DNA of 64,000 bases from assembly GCA_963668535.1 (NCBI GenBank), contig OY764867.1, positions 839,111 through 903,110 of the forward strand, written 5' to 3'. Every line of letters starts with the position of its first letter. Position 1 is the first letter of the stretch. The notes under the pieces are model-generated. The model did not search any database, was not told the DNA's origin, and saw only the letters and a list, made by a program, of their open reading frames with translations. The position numbers and the translations under genes are program-made. Below, one piece after another: positions 1 through 7,135 of this stretch. Origin of the DNA: Bacteroidaceae bacterium (GTDB taxonomy: Bacteria > Bacteroidota > Bacteroidia > Bacteroidales > Bacteroidaceae).

Positions 1-60
1 TTCCTAACAACAAAAATATAAATAAATCACTAGATAATGGGAAGAATAAAGAGAAAATAT

Positions 61-68
61 TACTTTTG
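61..68 (+). promoter_or_regulatory. Bacteroidota-type -7 promoter box (TAnnTTTG): TACTTTTG
   Basis: Exact TAnnTTTG match 33 nt upstream of the tdk ATG. Confidence 0.45.
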
Positions 69-100
69 TAAGCGTTTGTAATTATAAATAACCTTTCGAT

Positions 101-694
101 ATGACAATTTTCTCAGAAGCAAATAGCCGTGAAACTCATTGTAGAGGGCGAATAGAAGTGATATGTGGTTCCATGTTTTCAGGAAAAACAGAAGAACTTA
201 TTCGTCGTATGAAGCGTGCTCAATTTGCTCGACAACGCGTAGAAATTTTCAAACCAGCTATAGATACTCGGTACAGTGAGGAAGATGTAGTATCTCACGA
301 GGGTAAAGCCATCTCATGTACACCAGTTGATCATTCAGCAAGTATATTATTACTCAGTTCAGATATTGATGTGATTGGTATTGATGAAGCTCAGTTTTTA
401 GACCCCAATATTGTCGACGTATGTAAGGAATTAGCTAACAATGGCGTACGAGTAATCATAGCTGGCTTAGATATGGATTTTCAAGGGACCCCCTTCGGCC
501 CAATGCCTCACCTATGCGCTATAGCAGATGAAGTAACAAAAGTGCATGCTATATGTATGCGTTGTGGTGATCTAGCTTATGTTTCTCACAGAAAAGTGGC
601 TGGTGATAAGCAAGTCATGCTGGGTGAGACTGAAGAATATGAGCCATTATGCCGCAGATGCTATTTAAAAACAAAAAAAGAGAGTTCTGAATAA
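101..694 (+). CDS. tdk: thymidine kinase
   Basis: 197-aa ORF. P-loop [22 protein letters not shown], and C-terminal Cys pairs CMRCG...CRRC are typical of TK. Confidence 0.95.
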   Translation: MTIFSEANSRETHCRGRIEVICGSMFSGKTEELIRRMKRAQFARQRVEIFKPAIDTRYSEEDVVSHEGKAISCTPVDHSASILLLSSDIDVIGIDEAQFLDPNIVDVCKELANNGVRVIIAGLDMDFQGTPFGPMPHLCAIADEVTKVHAICMRCGDLAYVSHRKVAGDKQVMLGETEEYEPLCRRCYLKTKKESSE

Positions 695-730
695 TACACA
701 GACCCAGTATACAGTATAAAAAACATCACT

Positions 731-2068
731 ATGAGAAGAGAAATCACATTCGACCGGTTTATTCGTGGCCTAATTACTATTATGGGGACGTGTATTATTC
801 TGTACTGCATACATACCCTAAGAACCGTGCTCCTTCCATTTTTTATAGCATGGCTTTTTGCTTATTTAATGCAACCATTAGTACAGTTTCTCCAAAAAAC
901 TTGTCGATTAAGATTTCGCATCTTAGCTATCTTGGTAGCTTTACTCATTGTATTTGGGGTTATTGGATTAATAGGACTGTTTATTGTTCCGCCGACCATT
1001 GCCGAATTCAGCAAATTAAAAGTACTTGTTGAAGAATACATTAGCAATGGCATGCAAGAGGGAGGTGTACCTCAAGTTATCAATGATTGGATTAGACAGA
1101 ACATCAATGGAGACCAAATTTTACTATGGCTGAAGCAAGACAGTGCGCAAGCGACATTAAAAGAAGCCGTACCACAAGTTTGGAACTTCATTTCCAGTTC
1201 TCTTAGTGTCATCACTAGTCTCTTTTCAGTAATCATGGTTATCCTTTACTTAATCTTTATGTTGATGGATTACGATTTGATTATGGAAAACTGGATTCAT
1301 TTCGTTCCACAAAGCCGTCAAGATTTAGTCAAAGGTATTTTTAACGATGTCACTAAAGGCATGCAAAAATATTTTCGTGGTCAATCCCTTGTAGCCTCTT
1401 GCGTGGGTATATTGCTCGCCATTGGCTTTTCGATTATAGGTTTCCCGATGGGAGTAGCTCTTGGATTATTTATAGGAATTTTAAACCTAGTACCCTATTT
1501 ACAAATAGTCGGTCTTATCCCGATGGCCATTCTAGCCTTACTTAAATCGGCAGATACAGGAGGTAATTTCTGGATCATCTTAGGCTCTGCCTTTCTAGTA
1601 CTAGTTATCGTTCAAACCATACAAGATACCATTCTCGTTCCTCGCATAATGGGCAAGATAACAGGTTTACGCCCCGCAATCATTCTCCTATCATTAACCC
1701 TTTGGGGAAGCATTATGGGAGTAGTAGGCATGATAGTAGCACTCCCATTCACTACTATCATCATCTCCTACTACAAACGTTACTTAACCATTAAAGATGA
1801 AAACGATTCGCTACGAGAAGATCCCGATTCTCTATTAGACAGAATGGCTAAAATGAACAAAAGAAACAAGAAAAAAGACGAGTTGTCAAATATTCTTGAA
1901 GCAGAGAGCCTTCATATTACACAAGAATCGACGATAGACAAGAATAAGGATTTTAGTGATTTAGGAGATAAAGCGAGTGACATAAAAGCAAAAATACATT
2001 ATATGGAGCAAGAAATCGAGGCGATTAAACAAAGTATTGTTAATACTGAAAGAAAAAACACCGATTAG
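731..2068 (+). CDS. AI-2E family (PerM/UPF0118-like) transporter with hydrophilic C-terminal tail
   Basis: 445 aa and multi-pass hydrophobic. Core motif ...GILNLVPYLQIVGLIP.... The last ~95 aa are K/E/D-rich and coiled-coil-like. Confidence 0.85.
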   Translation: MRREITFDRFIRGLITIMGTCIILYCIHTLRTVLLPFFIAWLFAYLMQPLVQFLQKTCRLRFRILAILVALLIVFGVIGLIGLFIVPPTIAEFSKLKVLVEEYISNGMQEGGVPQVINDWIRQNINGDQILLWLKQDSAQATLKEAVPQVWNFISSSLSVITSLFSVIMVILYLIFMLMDYDLIMENWIHFVPQSRQDLVKGIFNDVTKGMQKYFRGQSLVASCVGILLAIGFSIIGFPMGVALGLFIGILNLVPYLQIVGLIPMAILALLKSADTGGNFWIILGSAFLVLVIVQTIQDTILVPRIMGKITGLRPAIILLSLTLWGSIMGVVGMIVALPFTTIIISYYKRYLTIKDENDSLREDPDSLLDRMAKMNKRNKKKDELSNILEAESLHITQESTIDKNKDFSDLGDKASDIKAKIHYMEQEIEAIKQSIVNTERKNTD

Positions 2069-2146
2069 TTTGGTCAACTCAAAAAAAACTGCCATATTTG
2101 CATCCGCAATCAGGAATGAGAGCACGTACGAAAGTACATAAGGTTA

Positions 2147-2219
2147 GATTCGTTAGCTCAGCTGGTAGAGCACAACACTTTTAATGTTGGGGTCCTGGGT
2201 TCGAGCCCCAGACGGATCA
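2147..2219 (+). tRNA. tRNA-Lys (anticodon UUU)
   Basis: Cloverleaf folded by hand. Acceptor GATTCGT/ACGGATC, anticodon stem CAACA/TGTTG with loop CTTTTAA, T-arm CTGGG-TTCGAGC-CCCAG. CCA is not encoded. Confidence 0.95.
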
Positions 2220-2222
2220 CTT

Positions 2223-2256
2223 AAAGAGATAGCTTAATTGTTATCTCTTTTTTTTG
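2223..2256 (+). terminator. intrinsic terminator after tRNA-Lys copy 1
   Basis: Stem AAGAGATA / TATCTCTT followed by a T-run. Confidence 0.7.
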
Positions 2257-2432
2257 CTCCAAATACGATATTTAATTTTTGATCCCCTTGTCGTAGATTT
2301 TATTGTACACAATATTAATTACAATCAGGAAGCAAAAAAAAGCAACAATATATTTGGTAGTTTTAAAATAATCACCGATATTTGCACCCGCTAATCAGGA
2401 ATGATAGCAACGTACGAAAGTACATAAGGTTA

Positions 2433-2505
2433 GATTCGTTAGCTCAGCTGGTAGAGCACAACACTTTTAATGTTGGGGTCCTGGGTTCGAGCCCCAGACG
2501 GATCA
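2433..2505 (+). tRNA. tRNA-Lys (anticodon UUU), second identical copy
   Basis: Same 73-nt sequence as 2147-2219. Confidence 0.95.
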
Positions 2506-2552
2506 CTAAAGGGTCTGACAACAAAAGACATAAGTCAGAAAGAAACAACAAA

Positions 2553-2587
2553 ACTCCTAAAGTATAACGCTTTAGGAGTTTTTTTAT
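2553..2587 (+). terminator. intrinsic terminator after tRNA-Lys copy 2
   Basis: Stem ACTCCTAAAG / CTTTAGGAGT with a 7-nt loop, followed by TTTTTTT. Confidence 0.75.
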
Positions 2588-3366
2588 GTCCTTATACCAG
2601 CCAAATTTCGACATCGTTTCGACAGGAAAACACACCCACGTCGATACAAGTGATCACTAATCTTAGCAATCGCTTCAATCACTCGCTTCTGACCAGCGAC
2701 TTTTACAGGCACATCTGCTCCAGCAGGAATACATCCCAAGATGTACCCAACAAAGTCCTCACACAAATCTTCTACACATGTAGAAGTGCTTGAAGCAGAC
2801 AACAGAAACTCTGCGGGATCCACTCCTTTGGGCAGTCTCACTACATCCACGACCATGCCGCCTGCTAGCAATACATCAATGGCTCGTACGGCGGCTTTCT
2901 GTCCGGGGGCATCCCCATCAAAGAGGACTACTATGTGCTTGGTATATGGCTTGAGCAGACGTACTTGTTGCGCAGTGAGTGCGGTGCCACAAGTGCCCAC
3001 AGTATTGGTGTAGCCATGCTGATGCATGGTGAGCCCATCGTTATATCCTTCTACTAGATAGCCCGTTTGCTGTTTGCGTGCTGCATCTTTCTGGGTCTCC
3101 TCCAGACTAGTGGGGACGTCTTCTATGGGGATATCGAATGGTTTTGTGCACACGAAACTGGATGGTGTCTGCTTGTGGATGAGGGCGAGAATGTAGCACC
3201 GCAGCATGTTGAGTAGATGCTGCAGGATGAGATCGAGCGGTCCACATGGCCGATTGTTGTGGTGGGGCATGTGGTGTACTTGGACTAGCCCCAGTAGATT
3301 GTCATAGGGTTGACTAGTCAATGACGCTCCCTCACTGCGGGGAAGCGGAGTGGATAAATGGATCAT
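2584..3366 (-). pseudogene. DnaG-type DNA primase fragment (Toprim domain only)
   Basis: YLVEGYNDGLTMHQHGY..GTCGTALTAQQ..VVLFDGDAPGQKAAVRA..LPKGVDPAEF matches the Toprim signature (EGxxD...GTA.T...DxDxAG...DPD/E). The N-terminal Zn-finger and RNA-polymerase core are absent, and homology fades before the stop. Confidence 0.7.
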
Positions 3367-3392
3367 TGTTTCTGTTTTTTTGTTTTTTTGTT

Positions 3393-3439
3393 TCAAAAAC
3401 CCCTCCCCACCCCAAACCCTAGGTATTAGGTGGGGAGGG
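3393..3439 (-). terminator. GC-rich hairpin terminator (minus strand)
   Basis: 11-bp perfect stem CCCTCCCCACC (3401-3411) / GGTGGGGAGGG (3429-3439). On the minus strand it is followed by GTTTTTG. Confidence 0.55.
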
Positions 3440-3603
3440 CAGGTTTGTATATAGAACTGCATAGTTATCTCTATCTATATCTCTATCTAGTGAAGATTGT
3501 AGCAGTTTGTGCTAAAAGCAGTAAAACGGCTATTTGCTACAAATGGGTACAATTTGTATCATTTTGTACGTTAGCGCACCCTTGTTTACCTACTCAAATC
3601 GGG

Positions 3604-4076
3604 CTAATCCCCCTGTTTATCGTCGATTGGCTTTCTTCGACATGTGTATAGAGTGGCCCTTCTGGCACGACGCTTTACTCGCTGTCGGTGGGCGACTACA
3701 TCCTTGCTCTTGTAGTCAATATGCCTTTGTATAAAGGCTTTCGAGCGGAAATTCTTGAAAATCTTAGTATAGGCTGGAGGGACAAATACAAGGGCCATGT
3801 TGGCCTTTTTATTGAGGACGTCCATATGGTACTTTCAGCAATGAAAAGTGGGCAAAACACCCAGTATATCAGGGATCTGACTAATGTTCGAGTGATTCTG
3901 ACGCACGACATGATGTAGCCATCATGGATGCTCTGCACGGTCAAAATGTGGTACTTTTCCATCAGAAATAGGGTGAATATCTCCATTTTGACGAGTTTGA
4001 GTATGCCAGCATGTACATAACTGGTAGAGCGGTTGATGCGACGGGCCACGTCAATTTCGAGGCCATCATCATACAC
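3604..4076 (-). pseudogene. two overlapping frame-broken ORFs of unassigned origin
   Basis: ORFs 3696-4076 and 3604-3825 overlap in different frames. One has an HTH-like stretch (DVARRINRSTSYVHAGILKL). I recognise no family confidently. Confidence 0.25.
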
Positions 4077-4152
4077 GATGTGCTGATTGTGGACTTCCTA
4101 AAGTTTGAATTTATCATAATCTTTTCCTTAAAATAGTTCGTTATCTATTGAA

Positions 4153-4235
4153 AAATCGCAAGCGCTTGCGATTTGCTAGACATTGGGATGATTAGCTTTT
4201 TGCAAGCACTTGCGTTTTGGGTTGCAAGCGCTTGT
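4153..4235. repeat. three GCAAGCGCTTGC-type palindromes (candidate oriT or operator array)
   Basis: A 22-bp perfect palindrome AAATCGCAAGCGCTTGCGATTT at 4153-4174. GCAAGCACTTGC at 4202-4213. GCAAGCGCTTGT at 4224-4235. Core starts are 44 and 22 bp apart. Confidence 0.8.
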
Positions 4236-4530
4236 ACAAAAATACGAAAAAGTGAAGTGATTCGTCGAAGATTTGTGTTGTATGTTTGTTGTTTTTGATA
4301 AAAATCGCACGTTATTTTTTTTTGCGCAAAATTTCTCCAAAAGCGATAAAATTTATTGGGGATTTTTTCGATTACTCGTTTTTTTTGTGGACATTTGTGG
4401 TGTCTTGGGTTGGAAAGGAGTTGGAACGGACAACGCTACCTGCTACAGATAGCGAACAAAAGCAAATTGTTTAATTACAATACTTTAGGATATAAAAGAA
4501 GTGACCCAATCCCGATCACTTAGAAAGCAA

Positions 4531-4560
4531 AAGAGGCTCTCTTTGTACAGAAAGCCTCTT
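4531..4560 (-). terminator. hairpin terminator downstream of the ldhA-like gene
   Basis: Stem AAGAGGCT / AGCCTCTT flanked by A- and T-rich runs. On the minus strand it is followed by TTGCTTTC. Confidence 0.55.
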
Positions 4561-4584
4561 CTTTTATTTATGCACTAGTCTCAA

Positions 4585-5580
4585 CTAGCTTTTAACTTCA
4601 TTCTCCAATTGTACTCCATCTACATAATCTTGGATATTTTGCAATGTTGTGCTTGCAATGTTGTGCACAGCTTCGCGAGTAAAGAAAGCTTGGTGAGAGG
4701 TAACAATCACATTATTAAAGGAGAGCAAACGTGCCAAGACATCATCATCAATCAAACTATCGCTCTTGTCTTCAAAGAAATAGTTAGATTCCTCTTCATA
4801 CACATCTAGTCCAGCATAGCCAATCTTCTTAGACTTAAGTCCTTCAATTAAAGATTCTGTATGAATCAAGCCTCCACGTGATGTATTAATAAGCATCACC
4901 CCTTTCTTCATTTTGCTGATTGCCTCTTCATTGATGATATGCTGTGTATCGGGCAATAATGGACAATGCAATGAAATAATATCTGAATTTCGATACAATT
5001 GATCCAAAGTTGTGTAAGTCACTCCATGTTTCATGGCAAAAACTTCGTCAGGGTACACATCATAAGCCAACACCTTCATACCAAAGCCACGCAGAATCTT
5101 AATCAGAATCTTTGCGATCTTACCCGTACCAATAATTCCAGCAGTTTTATTGTACATATCAAATCCCAACATCCCATTCAAAGAAAAATTACCATCTCTT
5201 GTACGCCAAGTAGCTCTTGGTATACGACGGTTTAAGGCAAGCATTAACGCTACTGTATGTTCCGCCACAGCATATGGAGAATAAGCAGGCACACGTACAA
5301 CTTTCATGTTATATTCTTCCGCTGCTTTAATATCTACGTTATTGAAACCAGCACATCGCAAAGCAATAATTTTCACACCATTTGCAGCGAGTGCCCCTAT
5401 AACCTCCTTATCAACAGTGTCATTAACAAAGACACATACAGCATCGCACCCTTGAGTTAGCATCACATTATTCATACTAAGATGCCCAGTGTGAAATTTC
5501 AGTTCAAAATTGAACGTCTCATTCATTTGTTTAAATGAATCCTTATCATAAGGTTTGGAATCAAAAAAAGCTATCCTCAT
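4585..5580 (-). CDS. ldhA: D-lactate dehydrogenase / D-isomer-specific 2-hydroxyacid dehydrogenase
   Basis: MRIAFFDSKPYD... N-terminus and NAD fold GIIGTGKIAKI..VLAYD. The ORF-track start at 5586 is a TTG. The ATG at 5580 is preferred. Confidence 0.85.
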   Translation of the reverse strand: MRIAFFDSKPYDKDSFKQMNETFNFELKFHTGHLSMNNVMLTQGCDAVCVFVNDTVDKEVIGALAANGVKIIALRCAGFNNVDIKAAEEYNMKVVRVPAYSPYAVAEHTVALMLALNRRIPRATWRTRDGNFSLNGMLGFDMYNKTAGIIGTGKIAKILIKILRGFGMKVLAYDVYPDEVFAMKHGVTYTTLDQLYRNSDIISLHCPLLPDTQHIINEEAISKMKKGVMLINTSRGGLIHTESLIEGLKSKKIGYAGLDVYEEESNYFFEDKSDSLIDDDVLARLLSFNNVIVTSHQAFFTREAVHNIASTTLQNIQDYVDGVQLENEVKS

Positions 5581-5652
5581 AATCAATACTAATTAGTTAT
5601 ATTTTAGTCTATTCTTTTATTTACTTCTATCTATAAGTTTTTCCACCTGCAA

Positions 5653-5660
5653 CAAAGATA
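5653..5660 (-). promoter_or_regulatory. -7 box TATCTTTG (minus strand)
   Basis: CAAAGATA on the plus strand, about 70 nt upstream of the ldhA-like start. Confidence 0.45.
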
Positions 5661-5892
5661 ACAACAAAATACATATAGACGACATAATCTATTCAATATT
5701 TCTAATGATACAGAAGGTACAATTTGCTTCTTATCAATAAAGCCACAAGAGAACACATTTTTTCAATGTTGTATATTTTATGTATCCAACTGAAACACTT
5801 CCTAGCTTAATCCAGTAACACGACATAGGTTTTTCTAAATATTTTATGACTATTTGACGCATACACTTGACTGATTACTAAAAAAAAGATTG

Positions 5893-5900
5893 TATATTTG
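5893..5900 (+). promoter_or_regulatory. -7 box TATATTTG
   Basis: 48 nt upstream of the C1 peptidase ATG. Confidence 0.5.
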
Positions 5901-5947
5901 TACCACAGTAAAAAGAAGTTGAACATTAATATCGAAACCAAAGCCGT

Positions 5948-7135
5948 ATGAAAAAGATCTTCGTACTAGCGCTTGTTGCTCTTTGCACACTTAATGTAAG
6001 CGCGAAAAGTCCTAAAAAAGACAAGGAAAAAGAAGGCTACAAATTTACTACAGTAAAAGCCAATCCAATCACATCAATCAAAAACCAAAACCGTTCTTCG
6101 ACTTGCTGGAGCTTCTCTGGCCTAGGTTACCTAGAGTCTGAATTGCTTCGTGAAGGTAAGGGTGAATATGATCTATCTGAAATGTTTGTTGTGCACCACA
6201 CTATGCTTGACCGTGCAGAACACTACGTTCGTCTTCACGGAGATTCTTCATTTTCTCCTGGAGGTAGCTTTTACGACATTATCTACTGCCTTAAAAACTA
6301 CGGTTTAGTTCCTCAAGAAGCCATGCCAGGTATCAAATATGGCGAAAAACTACCAGTACATAATGAACTAGATGCTGTAGCTAAAGCTTACATCGATGCC
6401 ATTGCTAAAAAGCCACATAAGAAACTAACTCCAGTATGGAAAGAAGGTCTTTGTAAGATTTACGATAACTATCTTGGAGAATATCCTCAAAAATTCACTT
6501 ATAAAGGTGTAGAATACACTCCTAAGACTTTTGCTGCAAGCCTTGGCTTGAACGCAGATGATTATGTATCTATCACTAGTTACACACATCACCCATTCTA
6601 CACTAAGTTCGCATTGTTGATTCAAGACAACTGGAGAATGGCTCTTTCATACAATTTACCTCTTGACGAAATGATGCGCGTTATGAATAAAGCAGTAGAA
6701 AACGGTTATACATTTGCTTGGGGTAGTGACGTTAGTGAATATGGATTTACTCGTGACGGTATCGCAGTACTTCCTGATGTAGACAATGCAGACCTAACAG
6801 GTAGCGATATGGCTCACTGGACAGGCCTTCGTCCTTCTGAAAAAGCTAAAGAACTTGCTGAAAAACCATGCAAAGAGCTTGAAGTGACTCAACAAATGCG
6901 TCAAAAAGCATATGATAACTGGGAAACAACTGACGACCACGGTATGATTATCTATGGTATTGCAAAAGACCAAAACGGTAAAAAATACTTCATGGTCAAG
7001 AATTCATGGGGTACTAAGAACAAATACAAAGGAACTTGGTACGCTTCTGAAGCATTTGTTGCTTATAAGACAATGAACATCTTAATCAACAAACATGCAA
7101 TTCCCGCAGACATTCGCGAAAAAATGGGACTATAA
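5948..7135 (+). CDS. secreted C1-family cysteine peptidase (aminopeptidase C / bleomycin-hydrolase-like)
   Basis: Signal peptide MKKIFVLALVALCTLNVSA. Catalytic motifs QNRSSTCWSFSG, DDHGMIIYG and VKNSWG. Confidence 0.9.
   Translation: MKKIFVLALVALCTLNVSAKSPKKDKEKEGYKFTTVKANPITSIKNQNRSSTCWSFSGLGYLESELLREGKGEYDLSEMFVVHHTMLDRAEHYVRLHGDSSFSPGGSFYDIIYCLKNYGLVPQEAMPGIKYGEKLPVHNELDAVAKAYIDAIAKKPHKKLTPVWKEGLCKIYDNYLGEYPQKFTYKGVEYTPKTFAASLGLNADDYVSITSYTHHPFYTKFALLIQDNWRMALSYNLPLDEMMRVMNKAVENGYTFAWGSDVSEYGFTRDGIAVLPDVDNADLTGSDMAHWTGLRPSEKAKELAEKPCKELEVTQQMRQKAYDNWETTDDHGMIIYGIAKDQNGKKYFMVKNSWGTKNKYKGTWYASEAFVAYKTMNILINKHAIPADIREKMGL

Larger units (their letters stand above)
2094..2515 (+). repeat. tandem duplication of a complete tRNA-Lys transcription unit (two ~137-nt copies)
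   Basis: 2094-2230 and 2378-2515 align almost base for base. Each copy has a near-consensus box nATATTTG, a leader with a GTAC-GAAA-GTAC hairpin, an identical 73-nt tRNA and ~10 nt of 3' flank. Each copy has its own, different terminator hairpin. Confidence 0.9.
2588..4530. mobile_element. decayed remnant of an integrated (mobilizable-element-like) island with no intact gene
   Basis: Segment next to a tRNA. It is locally GC-rich: my counts give 35/60 at 2881-2940 and 34/60 at 3181-3240, versus 24/60 at 4621-4680. It contains a Toprim-only primase fragment, frame-broken ORFs and a palindrome array. No integrase or relaxase is present. Confidence 0.4.

Noticed and set aside
790-1053. ORFs 790-1032 (+) and 862-1053 (-) inside the AI-2E transporter gene.
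   Set aside because: They are short alternative-frame or antisense ORFs nested entirely in a well-supported membrane-protein gene. Their composition is typical of shadow ORFs.
2382-2793. ORFs 2382-2567, 2444-2635 and 2470-2793 overlapping tRNA-Lys copy 2.
   Set aside because: They read straight through a tRNA gene and its terminator. They are artefacts of six-frame translation.
2741-3013. Plus-strand ORF antisense to the primase fragment.
   Set aside because: The GC-rich segment yields long open frames on both strands. Only the minus frame carries a recognisable Toprim signature.
3430-3918. Plus-strand ORFs 3430-3651, 3534-3734 and 3688-3918 in the island remnant, and 4286-4474.
   Set aside because: They have no motifs, mutually overlapping frames, and no start context or promoter box. 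I treat them as non-coding debris.
4514-4522. GATCACTTA matching the 3' end and flank of tRNA-Lys copy 1, as a possible att site.
   Set aside because: A 9-nt match is expected about 0.5 times per 64-kb window on both strands by chance. I keep it only as a caveat in the island finding.
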